From assembly GCA_024137785.1 (NCBI GenBank), contig JAHRHZ010000013.1, positions 12,790,707 to 12,854,706 on the forward strand: DNA of 64,000 nucleotides, given 5' to 3'. Shown in pieces: positions 37,515-50,176 of the stretch. This DNA comes from Ginglymostoma cirratum. Its lineage: Eukaryota. A model generated the notes under the pieces. That model saw nothing but the letters and a program-made list of their open reading frames with translations. It ran no database searches and was not told the origin of the DNA. Both the position numbers and the translations under genes were made by a program. Each line of letters opens with the position of its first letter. Position 1 is the stretch's first letter.

Positions 37515-40500
37515 CCTTAATGTGTCTCAAATTCCATGACCGACTTATTCAATGAGTGTTCATACATTCTGTAATTGACTGATGATTGTGTGATAACATC
37601 ACTCGTATTGGAGTAGATCTGTCACTAACTAACAATACTTCGCTTCCCTGTTATTATTAGTAGCTGAAACTCCCTAATCTGAATCTAATATAGTGGCTAT
37701 AGTTTGATTTTCGCCGCATCTGCAACGTTAATCTCAGAGTATATACCGAACATAAATCACATTTAAAAATACATTTGCTTTTCCAGTGACCGGATAAAAT
37801 ACGGTAAAACTGAGCCCGGTTGCGCCGTCCTGGATTATGCTTTAAATTGAAATGCATTGGGATATCAGATTTGCATGGCGTCGCATTTAATCCTCCATTC
37901 TTGAATTAAAAGAACATTGCCCCTCCCCCAAAAAGGGCATATTACATTGAAACAAGCATTCGACTGCATATTTAGCTGATAGGTGAAATTTCCAATGCAA
38001 TCCATTTTTTTAAACGGCCACATTGCGGATTATACTACAAAATGGCAGCAACCAAATGGGCAGCTCTTTTACATACGGGTTAGACACGGCTAAAGGCCAA
38101 GGTCAAGTTGAAAGTTACAGTCTAGCCAATGTGAGTGCTGTCATTCACGCGTTGACGACCCTGTCTGAATTCTTACAAAGGCAAGCCGTGAGAATTGACT
38201 TTTTCATTGCCGTTTTGTTTGTTTTCTTTTGTTTTTTTACTCACAGCACTCCAAATGAAAAAAAAATTCTACTGACCATACCGTCTTCATTTCCAGGCTG
38301 TTTCTGCATGGCTGGTAAAAGGATGTGAAATGGTTGCAGTCGTTTTCAGATACATTGCAAATTATGTAGCATTGCATCCGGTTTAAATGTACTGTTTACA
38401 AAACCTCTTGTCTCGAGCTGCCAGTTTGCACTGGAAGGCCGTCAGTATTATTGGAAAAGGTAGGGGTATTCTATAGAAGATCGTATTACGCCAAAGTACT
38501 GACGATGGTACTATCGTATAAAGTGTTACCTCCAAGAATTGGTTTCAAACTATCTACAGATCAGGACATCACCAGTAAGGAGTATCTGTCCAGAGAGGTA
38601 TTGTACGCTGTTATTTCAGACATTCAAATGAACTGTAATGAATATATTTTAGCATGATAATTCAAATGCGTCTTTTTAATAATGATTGACTACTTTTCGT
38701 TTAATAAAATCAACCTATGCACTTAAAGCATATCACAGAATCCCTGTGTTTCATCTCTCGATGTACGTCAGCTCTGTGTTTTCAGCCTAGTCGTGATTTG
38801 TTCTGTCTGACTACTAGTGTAGATTAACATCATATAGGTGCGCTTTATAAGCGCGTGCAATCAAATCGGTCGCTGCGGTAAAACTGAGTGGGATAGGTAC
38901 CTAGTTGTACAGATTATTTCGTAATTTAGCGTCACCTAAAACGTGCTCAAGAATTATTCCTGAATAAAAGAGAGTTTACATATTAATTATTTTATTGCAT
39001 CTACATAGGGTTAACATGTACCAGTTTTTGAGATTACTGTGATCTTGATGTACCATTTTCATCTCATGAAAGTACTTTCATGATTCAGGAAGCTTGTGTA
39101 TGTTAATTCCTCAAATTCTTCATTATGAATGGGAATCTGCGTGTTTGATCTTCATGTCTGCGAATATTTTATCAATCGTGATTAATTTGAGAAGTATTGG
39201 CTTTAAAGAATTAACTGTTTAGCAATTGGAACGGGAACTTATTGTGCGCTTAAGCATTCGTCTAAGGTAAAAATGGAACGATAAGATGTTGTGTTTCCTT
39301 TTATGTGAAAATTATGCAATAAGTTTAGACTATAGTCTGGAAATGTTTATCATATGAAACGACAAAACGTTAATTGCATTCATTATTCTTAGCTCAGAAC
39401 ACTTCTAAAACCCTTTTGTGGCAATTTGTTTCTGCTTCTACATTGTATTTGTTCCCAGATTTGCTGATGGCTTATGCATGATTTCCAAACAAATATACTT
39501 GAAATGAAAATAACATCCATGAACTCTACACTACGCGATTAATTAGACAACACAATCGTGCATTGTATATTTTCATTGTTTATTCCATTTATTTGTTAGT
39601 AATCATTCACCAATAATTTATTTTAAAAAAACCTCAGTGATTAATTCAAATAAATAACTGAATGGGTGTAGTTTTGATTGCTGATTTTCTACAATGTAGG
39701 ACATATGCCACATCAGTTAGACTCTAATATTATTTGTCCTTTACTCACGGTTATTACAAGTATCTCAAATCTTGGATAACACGGATTACTATTGTGAAAC
39801 AATCATAAACAAAAACAGCAAAGAGGGTTTTACTTTTATTCTTGTGTTGTTCTATTACAGAGGTATTCCTTATGTTAAAATGTTTTCTAGGCTTTGGCTA
39901 AACTAATCACAATAAGGTATTACACCGCTGCATTGATCATTACCCCGAAACAATTGACCAAATAGTATGTTATGCATGTATCCTATCATCCGTATTCTGA
40001 ATTTACATGTAATATCTGCAATTCTATTAACCAAGTTATCCTGCAAGCATCCACCGTACTTTCCTGAAATATTTTTAAATTGTATCCTGGACCCCGACTG
40101 AGACCCATCAAAATGCTTAATCAAAATCTTGCTGTCCATTGACTACCTACTTTACTATAACGTCGTATGCGTAAAAATAAGTATATTTGCATTATGCATG
40201 GATTGTTATTCTTCTCCTTTTATCCTCTAATGCTAGCACATCCGAGTACATTCAGTCTTCATTGTGAGTGCTATCTCCTGACTCCTATCATGAACCAGCT
40301 ACCTATGATAGACTGTGTAGATGTATCATATTATTTTTGGGGAACAGCTTTCAACTTACAAGGATTGCGTTTGGCATAATGGCCATATCAATATTTCATT
40401 GAGCTTGTTTCATTTTTATTATCGAGTCGTTTCGGGATGCAGCGATTGTACGAGTATTTTGCATATGTGCTTATGTTGGTCTCAATGGTCAATGGAACAC

Positions 40501-41219
40501 ACCCAGAGATATTATGTTAAAAGGCTAATAACTTTGTTGTTCACATTTACTGATGCCAGTCCACCATTCGAAATAAAATAATGTATTTTTGTCAAATATA
40601 ATTAAAGGACAATGTACTGTTCTTCAGTTATTGTCACTGATATATTTGACTTATTGGTACACATCTGTCAAGGTGTTTCTTATTGGTGTCACTGGCTAAC
40701 ACTTTCGACTGTACCACCTTCACTAAGCACAATAGGTGTGCACATTTATGTTATTACAAAATAAAATTGTATGAACATTTAAGTAAGTCAGGTGCATTGC
40801 AACAACTGTTCATGAAACTGCTGCAACAGACTTATCATCAGCTTAAAATGAACGTAGTAGTGAGAATGCTTTTGTGAAACAATAGAAAACGCAACCATTT
40901 TTAGTAGAGCTATTCTAATATATTCTGACAATGATCAACTAAAACTATTCAAACTACATGAAATCTTGATATAGACAATTACGAATTTAGACCATGGCTT
41001 ATTAGCCGTTCCATTCAAAATGCGCCTCTCATTTAAAATGATTCAAACAATGTTAATTTCCTTCAAAAGAAGACTTACCTCGTTCCTGCTTTAAATCTAA
41101 GCGCATTGTCACTTCCTCATTTTGACCTAATTAATAAACATTTATCAAAAAAAAATCACACATCGAGATATTTTAATTGTAAGGGTCCAACTTTAGTACT
41201 GAAGCCCACAACTAAATTA

Positions 41220-41290
41220 TTTATCCTAATTTGCTGGCGGCGATTGAGCCTTATTGGTTCGTGATGCTGATATCGAAACCAGATTTGTAC
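41220..41290 (-). pseudogene. hoxa14: HoxA14 pseudogene, last exon (3' part of the split homeobox)
   Basis: After acceptor TTACTCTTGATAG| (41291/41290) it reads VQIWFRYQHHEPIRLNRRQQ, a decayed helix 3 (compare VKIWFQNQRQKEKK). An intron at Q|VKIWF is characteristic of Hox14 genes. Confidence 0.8.
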
Positions 41291-41393
41291 CTATCAAGAG
41301 TAAATGCTGTCGAGTGAGGTCTCAAGAAAACAAAGCTCATTTGATTTTAAGTCCGCCTGGAATACTTCTCATTTTGAATCTTCTAATATTTAT

Positions 41394-41540
41394 CTGTTCC
41401 TCTGATTCCTCAAGTTTTTTTAAAGTAATTTTTTCGCTAATGTTACATTGCAATCGTTTGATAGCAGATTTCCTGGAAAGCACAATCGAGTTGTGCAGTC
41501 TGGGCTTTGCGGTGATGGATTCTTTTCTTCTCCTGTGTAT
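41394..41540 (-). pseudogene. hoxa14: HoxA14 pseudogene, middle exon (5' part of the homeobox)
   Basis: From 41535 it reads QEKKRIHHRKAQTAQLDCAFQEICYQTIAM* (helix 1 pattern KKR....K.Q.A.L..AF.E). After a frameshift it reads NISEKITLKKLEESEEQ (compare NIS.KLGLTERQ), followed by ATAAAT, a mutated GT donor. In-frame stop at 41445-41443. Confidence 0.75.
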
Positions 41541-43649
41541 ACTGGGCTCGTGGGTGGGCAGAAAAGGGTGAATGAACACTCTGGGCTCCAAACGAATAAT
41601 TTCACCTTATTCGATTTCATTACTTTTATTATTATGTTTTTATTTGTTACCTCCGACTTTAAAGTGTATGTAAGAACCGTTCATCTTTTTAACTAAATAT
41701 ATGTAAAGTTCCATACTGACTTTTTCCGGGATGACAAAGCCCAATGCATACAGATAAAGATTTCCAGTACACATATGAATGCTCAGATGTCAGCTTTGAA
41801 GTAACTTGAATTTACGATCTCAAACCACCAACATTCCATAAACAACTGCTACCTCAAACTCTATATATGGTTTGAAATTCATGTAAGACGTGTATCTTTT
41901 CAAGTTACAGTAATAAACGCACGCAAGAAGATGCAATCATTATGCGAAACCATGTATGCATTCTGTGTTAAAATGACGAATGCCAACTTTCACAGTTTGA
42001 GTGTATAAAAACTTCATTGGTTTGATGACATTCAAATCAAGGCCAACTAGAAAACAAGAAAAACGATATTATTTCACTGTGATCTAAATGGTGTCCGCAC
42101 TGCGTGAGCGCAGCTCTTTCTTACATTTAGCAGGTAAAATGTCAAAACTAAAACATCGGTTAGTTTCTGTTAACGCATTGTAAATGCTTACAATTTTTAG
42201 ACGTTACTTACAATTTCATAATCCTTAACAAGATATATTTTATATATGTTTTATTTATTTTGTTTTAACGGCATATCTTTTGCGTTGGCACTATCTTCAA
42301 TCACAGTCTAATCTCTATTACATAGCTCGCTTTGCGCCAAATGCTAAGTCAGATATTTCATATTAAAATATGACCGCATACATATAGTTTGAGAATCCGG
42401 ACGTTAGAACTCCAAACCAAAGTGTCTTGGCAGTAATCACTACGAACTATTTTCATTTTTCATTCCTAATATTTGATTGTTTGTTATTACCATACAGATA
42501 AGTAAAATACAATTTGCTAGAAGGTATTACAATAAATACTGGTGCCATGTTCCCTCGATACCTTTCGATTTTGCATCACTAAATATATGTTAATTAAGAT
42601 GTATCTTGCACCTTGTTAAATAATTAATCTTCGGAGAACAACGTCTTGTTTAGGTTTAATGAATGGGCCATTGTATTATTTAAGATGTACTTCAACACGC
42701 AACTGCGAAATGTATTTCTATACGAATATCATTCGGTTAAAGTCAATTCACCGGGTACTTAGGAACAATTTTCACCATGACACTGGATATTTAAACAAAC
42801 TAATTCTCTATGTCAGGCTTCGGCTCTCACTATAAACATAACGAAATAAACATCTGCACATTTTCGTTGACAACCGCCTCTGAAAATCTTCAATGACTTT
42901 TATAAGTTTCAGTGATGGAAGTAGCATAAAAGGATAACCGGTTTAATTTCTCGTTTTCTAGGTTGCAAGCGAAATGTTTCCCGAAAAGTAACAAATGTCT
43001 CATCACCCACCCCAATGAACTGTTTAAAATTATGTCGTATATTAAATCATAAAATGAAAATCTGTTAATATCGTTTTGGGCACTTGAGTGGAGGATAGCA
43101 TCAACATAAAGTTTTACTGTCGCTGTTAGGCTGAGACGTTTCTTCTTGTGAATTTATGATACCCGAAATGCAACACACTGACAATATTATACCACACACG
43201 ATCTTAGACATGAACGGGGTACTTAGTTGTTTCAGTGAATCAAGCAGAGACTGCAATATTCAGCAGATGATTAAAATGAAGTGTTCCACACCGAAAATGG
43301 ACTTAATATCAGGCAGGACAGAGCAAAAAGTAATTTAATAAGTATTCAATGTGACAAAAGATAAATGAGAACTAAAGCAAAGAGAAGGCACAGACAAGTA
43401 TAATTTGACCTAGCCATTTTATTGATGCGGAGTTATTTAAGTACATAAACCTGCTCTGTGAATATTTCTGCAAAATAGCACAGGATTCATCTTATTTTGT
43501 CGTTTCAGTCAAATATCTATTTAGCAAACATTTCTAAATGAAACGTAATATGATAATACGCCCATTGCCCAATGTTATTAAACTGATTAGAAATTGATGC
43601 CAGTCACTATAATTTGTTCTGTTTTTAGCCACTTAATGAGGGAGGGTTA

Positions 43650-44090
43650 TGAATTACTCAGTCGTTGGGAGTAAAGAATGAGTGATGGTAACGGGTTATC
43701 CTCGGGCCTGGTTCATTAGTATTCGTCTTAGTTTGACCAGTGAGATTAGAGGGTCGTGGGAACCTAGAGCTTCTTGATAAGCACGGGTGACCCTGCACAT
43801 CAGCCCAGGCTTAGGTCGGATAAGGAGCTTTCGAGAATAACTGGAAATCACAACCACTCAAATGGTGCGAGTAGCAGGAACTCCACAATCACAAGACTAT
43901 AGACAACGCAAGTATAACAGAAATGGACCAGTTCTAAATCTGAAACGCGCATTGGGAATGATAATGCCCGACACTCCGATTAGCAGGAGTGAAATTCAAG
44001 TACGTGTATTCCAGATTACCAAACAAAATCATTTCTGTTTTCCCTGTAGTAGCGCAGCTTTCCCACTAGATGTCTGTGGAGCTACTTGAA
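43650..44090 (-). pseudogene. hoxa14: Probable relic of HoxA14 exon 1
   Basis: Ordered fragments across frames resemble Hox13-type exon-1 motifs: APQTSSGKAALLQG (44082), FGN (44023), PY.....ADV (43825-43796) and SHDPLISL (43761-43738). Compare HoxA13 [18 protein letters not shown]....[11 protein letters not shown], with similar spacing. Boundaries are approximate. Confidence 0.45.
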
Positions 44091-47038
44091 GACTTTCAAG
44101 AATATCATTTTTCTTAGTTTTGTCTCGAAAAATTACAGAGGCTTTGGTTCTGATTTGGATATATCTAGGTTAACAGCTTCTATGTACAGAACGCAATCTT
44201 TCGTCATGCAGCAAAAAAGACACAAACATTCCTGTCACAAGACATATACTTACGCACTTACGCAATGGATCATTCTGTTACAATGAGTGTGTTTAAATAG
44301 CAAGGTAAAGCAGTAAAGACGCCTCCGGTTAATCTTCAAGCTGTTCGAGTCAAGGACACAGAGGCGGTAACCGCATTAACTTTGCAAGATACAAAGGGTG
44401 ATCCAAGATCAGAAGTGCTAACTTGCATGGAAATCCAGACGCACATTTGCCTTTGAACAGAATTGTGCAGTTCACCTAACGTGGGTATAACCGTCTATGT
44501 TGGAGCAGTGTATATGAAATATGGTTGGACAAATGGATCTGATCCAGCTAATTCAGCACTGAGACATAGGAAGTTTGAGATTTATTGGTCGTTACAATGG
44601 GCAGTGCACCTCGGCTTTCAACAAAGATACTTACATTAGACTTTTGAACAAATATTTAGTCTCTAAGTCATAAAGTGCTTCGTGCCGACTGAATGTGGTG
44701 TCCTTGGCTTCCAAGACTAGTTTACACTTGCTTAGTTATTCCCTCTCCTTGCTGTGCTTTTCATTAACATTGTCTGCTCGGCTGCCCTGGTGAGTCCGTC
44801 TCTTCAAACCAATCCCCAATCTTTCAGTAGCACGTTTATGTGAGATGGTGGACCTGGCGCTAATTTCGATTGTGGCCTTCAGCTTTATTTCCGTTGAACT
44901 GCAGTGAGAAAGCACAACCATCGCCCACTGTGTGTGACTACAGCGTGATTTAATTCAGCCTTCAGGCTTCGTTTTAATTAATCTTAGTAAAGCAAATAAT
45001 TGCCGAAGTTTTCAAGGAGAGGCATTGGGCTAATCAACAATTTCTGTCACCAACAACTAGGGCTTGAATACATGCTTGCAGAATTTATCCATGATTAGTG
45101 CTGCTGTTTTGCAAGTCTTGGAAATTCGGAGACAATTTGAAAGATTATTTTGCCGGAATTTAGATAGCGCCTTGAACTATTTATTCTTTTCTTGGCGACA
45201 TTTTTGTTTGATCAAAACAGTGATGTCCCGTGTATGTTATATATTATTATATATATTATACATTTGAAATGATGTGTACGTAGGAGTGAGAAGGGAGAAC
45301 AATCCACGCTGAAGTGAAATAGGGATCAGTACCGGCGGGACAGATTGCAGTTTTTGCTACTGTTGGTTTCTGATCGCATCGATCACGCTTTGCAAAATGC
45401 CGATGTCGTCAACTTTTTGTGAGACGATAGGGAATGGTTCTGTCGAATAGAAATTCGAAACATATCAGCGAAAACATGGATGCACGGCCAAACGTCCTCG
45501 CAGACGATTGGCTGCAAAGCAATCGACCATGTCAGGAAGGTGTTTTACTGCCACTCAGTGTGCCATGAACAATTAAGAGCAAGGTACCCAATGCTGAGAT
45601 TATTGATCCTTTCATCATTGCTGATACCTCTTTACAGTCAATAGTGAGGCACAACACTCCTACATTTTCGTTTTGTTTGATGTGTTGCTCCTTACCAATT
45701 CTAATTCGCCAGTGTTTTCTCTGCTCACAAGTAAGTTGCAACAAGATGTGTGCTGGTCACTGAATGATCATTTCATGCATTTATTTGAATAGCTTATATG
45801 CGTTGCATTCACATTTCCGAGATTTTATTAATGCCATCATTTCAGGTTACGCTCGTAAAATCTTAAAACGAATGGAATTTTCAGTTCAAACGTGTGGTTA
45901 CTTCCACATTGCCATGCACCCCAGGAAGTCAAAAATTTCTTGAGTGACTGTGTTACCATTACAAGCTATAAAAACAAAGCACTAAAAGCTATGAATCATT
46001 GTGCAGATTAATGTCAGTATATAGAGTAAATGAAACAGGAGCATTTCAGTTTTGTATTCAATCATTGTGGAAATATTAAAGTTATATATTAATTAGTTAT
46101 ACTTGTTAAATAGTCACACATCGCAGTGTCCTATTGACTTCACTATATGCACTGTAAAAAAAATCCACTTATACCAAGTGGAAGCACATATTTCTATTTG
46201 TTAGAAATCTCATTTATATCCTGAACTTTATGTCTTTATAAAAATGCTGCTATGTGAAGCACCGACCCTCATTAACAGTTTTCAGTTGACTGAATGGTGG
46301 TTATCATTAAAATTACTTTTTTTTGACAATTCAGCAGTCTACCTGGTAGATTTTGCGAGCCATGCAAATTTGAATAAGCATACTTTAATTGATTTATACA
46401 GAGATGAAAGTCTGTTTTTAAAATAAAAATAATTTCCTTTAACAATGGAGAATTTTAGGCACTTAAGTCATTTCCACGCGCATCTTGTCCGAGAATTATA
46501 ACAAATTATTTTAGTAGGAACTTGCATTAATGCCTGGACGCCTCTCAAATTGAACTGCAGCCCAAAAATGTCGTCGATCAATTCAGAACCGACCTTGCGA
46601 CTGTTCGCAGTCCCCTGAAATTCTAATTTAGCTTCTTAGAGGTGAAATTAAATAGCCTCAATTGAAGTCCGGTTGGTTCCCTTAAGAAACCAGACAGCGC
46701 GTTACACACTTTGATCTTCATTCGCTGAATATGTTACGTGGATTATTTAAGGGATTCCACTTTAGAAAATAATAACAATTAGGGATGTGTCAATATGATG
46801 CACATTTCCAATAATCTTGCAGTGATAACTCGCAATTAAGCCAATATAAAAAACCTTAAGCTTAACGTGTTCGTTTCTATTATAGCGCTGTGCAACAACT
46901 CCAAAATATACATATTCAATTCTCTTTGGTGACGATAAAGGCAACTTCTCTGATGAAAACGGTTTAAGTGGCATGAGGAAGCAGTGTAAAAACGGGGCAA
47001 CTGGGGTTGGTTTTCCTGATTGTTCAGTAACTCAGATC

Positions 47039-47055
47039 AACAGTAGGGGGAGCAC
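47039..47055 (+). promoter_or_regulatory. CTCF-like motif at the 5' boundary of the cluster
   Basis: AACAGTAGGGGGAGCAC, in the same orientation as and very similar to the 32259 motif, within a small GC-rich patch. Confidence 0.6.
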
Positions 47056-47869
47056 AAAGACAGGGAGTGACACCGGAGCTCCGAGGGCGACTAACCGGGG
47101 CATCAAGAACCGAAATGGAGAGAGAGCTGCGTTGTACTTCTAGAAGGATACAGGCAAGCGATGGAGAACGTGTGTCTGTCTGTTTCTTAATTCTATGGTA
47201 GCATGCTCTTTTTTAGCCTCCGAACTGTTTGAACTACTGTGTAAACATTACTTTTCAAGCCTCTCTTTCAGAATTATTTCAATGCTGTACAGACCACTGT
47301 AATTCATTACACAGGACATGATAATGGAAGCATATGTTACGGTTCAAAGATCATTTCATCATTACATGCTAAGCCTCTCTACTGTAAAATGATTTATAGA
47401 AAGCATACTAACAATAGTGGCAAAATATAATTGACAAAAGATGGCCATTTTCGATAGATGGGGATTGACCTTTATGGTGTATATGTTTCTTTCAGTTACG
47501 AAGATCATTACCTTAGGATGAACTCTGAAGACACCAAGGCGTTTTAATCGCACTCACTTCACTGTTTATCTGTCAGCTGCTGTTACAACAGGGAACTAAT
47601 TAAGGGTGGACAATTAGAATCGCCCAGAGGGAAGCCGGCTCAAACCCATTCAGTCTCACATCATAGTGTTAGGGGACCGGGAAATTGGTTCTCAGCCAAT
47701 CTCAGAAACTCTGGCAAGAAGGCCAGCTAAGGGGTACTCATTCAGCCAATCTTATACTCGGATATCCTTAACAGCTTGTTTTTCTATTAGACTTTTAAAG
47801 CAGGAAAACATCCCAAGTGCTCCATTGGAATAGCCATCAAATAGCAGAGCCGGGCGAAAAGTCGGAATC

Positions 47870-48290
47870 AAAGCCTCGGTGGAATGGGTCATTTCAAAGT
47901 AACATCTCAGAAGAGGAGAGACGTGGAAGAGCGGAGAGGTGGCGAGGTTTAGCAAAGATATTTCAGAGCTTCGGGTCCAGACTAGTGAAGGCACAGCCAT
48001 TTGGGAGGGATAGCAATGTGAGGAAGCACAGTCAGAATTGAAAGTCAGAAACTGAAAAGACACAGGGTTCTCAAAGAGCAAAGGGCGACAGGAGGTAGCA
48101 GAGAAGACAGATGACGCCAGAGAGGAGTTTGAACATAAGAGCTGAAGATTTTAATTTGGAGACATGACAAGAGTAATCTAGACCAGTGAGCACGGGAATG
48201 ACAAATGGACAAGACTTAGGATGAGCAACATAGGGGCACAAAATAATTTTTAAATGAGCTCAAGCTTTTGAGTGTGGTGGGGGTGGAGGG
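47870..48290 (-). mobile_element. Decayed L2-clade LINE 3' fragment
   Basis: Minus-strand reading gives remnants of the L2 ORF2 C-terminus (GGRAFS..GP.LWNSLP-like segment around 47960-48010) and 3' tail. Confidence 0.55.
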
Positions 48291-48579
48291 AGGTGGTATC
48301 AGATGGAAGGTACCCCACCAGAGTTTGAAAGACATGCGAGGACCACATGACAGATGTAATGACAATTTGCTAAACTTGTATTTTGAAGACTACAGTCCCA
48401 ATGCAAACTGATATATATGGCAATATATTGGTATCTGGCTAACACCACCGACTGCTCTGAAGTTTGCGGCAATATATACATGATTTTATACAGGAGAGAC
48501 TTTTGGTTCCTTCATCCGCAAATAGCTTGGGTATCTCTAATACATCATGCTGAAAGTATATTGTGAAACTAAAGCAAAA

Positions 48580-48886
48580 CATAGAATAGAATCCCTACTG
48601 TGTGGGAACAGGCCCTTCAGCCCAACAAGTCCACACTGACCCTCAGAGCATCTCACCCAGATCCATCCCCCTATAACCCACCTAATCCACACACCCCTGA
48701 ACACGGTGGGCAGTTTAGCACAGCCAATCCACCTAGCCTGCACATCTTTGGACTGTGGGAGGAAACTCATTCAGACATGGGGAGAATGTGCAAACTCCAC
48801 ACAGGCATTCACCAGAGATTGGAATGGAACCTGGGTCTCTGGCACTGTGAGGCAGCAGCACCAACTGCTGAGCCACCATGCCACCC
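48580..48886 (-). mobile_element. tRNA-derived V-SINE (HE1-like elasmobranch SINE)
   Basis: Minus-strand head GGTGGCATGGTGGCTCAG...GACCCAGGTTCCATTCC (A/B boxes), V-domain TGTGTGGAGTTTGCACATTCTCCCC...GTTTCCTCCCACAGTCCAAAGATGTGCAGG, and CR1-type tail TTGGGCTGAAGGGCCTGTT...GATTCTATTCTATG. Confidence 0.85.
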
Positions 48887-48889
48887 TTT

Positions 48890-49105
48890 CTGAGACAAAT
48901 TCAGCAGGTCTGGTAGCATGTGCAGAGAGAGAAACAAAGTTAACATTTCAGGTCTCGGGATCTGAAGAAGGGTCTTCTGAAGAAGTCTCTCTAGACTTGA
49001 TAAGTAAACTTTGTCTTCTTTCTCCTCAGATGATGCAAGACCTGCTGAGTTTTCCAGCAATTTTTGATTTTGCTTCAGATTTTCAACACCCACAGTTTTT
49101 TGTTT
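48890..49105. mobile_element. Decayed palindromic non-autonomous element (same family as 61740-61966)
   Basis: TCAGCAGGTCTGGTAGCAT...GTTAACATTTC is inverted to ...GATGCAAGACCTGCTGAGTTTTCCAGCAA, with central CTGAAGAAGGGTC. Its left end abuts the SINE. Confidence 0.65.
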
Positions 49106-50176
49106 TTCTTGAAAGTATATTTTGCCTGGAACCAACATTGCAAGGGAGCCCAGTGCACTCAAGTGTGAGATCAGAACCTGGTTACTTAACCCTGCTGGTA
49201 TTTCTGCCTTTCTGTGCATACTAAAATTTTATCATATTCATGCAATGTAACAGTATAAATTCCTCCTTTGGTATATGCAGACCACTTAACTAATGCTCAG
49301 CTAATCATGTACACTCAATCCAGGAAGAGTACAATTGGACCAGATGCAGGTATACACAAACAATCTAATGGACAAAGTTTTGGAAGACCATTTGGGAGAC
49401 TTCCAACTTGATGCCCAAGTAATGTCACGTAAAATAATATCAGGACTGTAGTTTATGAATCACTGGTGTGATTTCTTTCTTGCAGCCGAAGAATATGGAG
49501 GCTCCAATTCTAATCCCTGGCTAATCTCATTTGTAAGATCCTGAAAGCAAATCTTGACAAATTACATTTCGTTATCTCAGACCTTTGATATTTTCAGATT
49601 GCATGGAACTAGAGAACTAATTGCCACCTAATGTCACAAAGTACATAAAGATAAAGTATTGAAGGACGATATAGCTAATACTCATTTAATAGCAGCAAGG
49701 CTGGTTTCAAACAGTCAGATACTTAAGACTTAATTCATCTTGTACAATACCAATTGGTTAAAAATTGGATGATCAAATAGGTATTATCTAACAATACAAA
49801 TGCATTCTTTTAAAGGGGAAAGCAGCAGGTTCCAATTCCAACAAATTTCATCCACAGTGTACTGAAAAAGTTTTAGAAATCTAAGATCCATTCAATCTGA
49901 CAAAATTAATAGGAGTGAACTATCATAGGTTCAGTGATCAGCCAGATGAGGGGACACAAGGGGCTTGGTTTTAAGTAAATTTAATGATTTGACTGAGAGA
50001 GGGCTTGGGGTAGGGTGGGACTGGTGAACATTACTTAGGAATCCAGGGCAAATCAAATAATGTCCCAGATCTTTGTGATTCACCTCAAAAGATTTCAGTT
50101 TAATGGCATATTCAAAAGACGATTACTTGCTCAAATTAATAGATTTTGTCAAAGGCACAGCCTTCTGACTCAAGAT

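Noticed and set aside
41337-41591. 84-aa ORF treated as an intact gene
   Set aside because: It crosses the HoxA14 relic, shares only part of the homeobox frame and runs into the intron.
48537-49224. ORFs of 77-172 aa
   Set aside because: They lie within SINE and palindromic repeat sequence.
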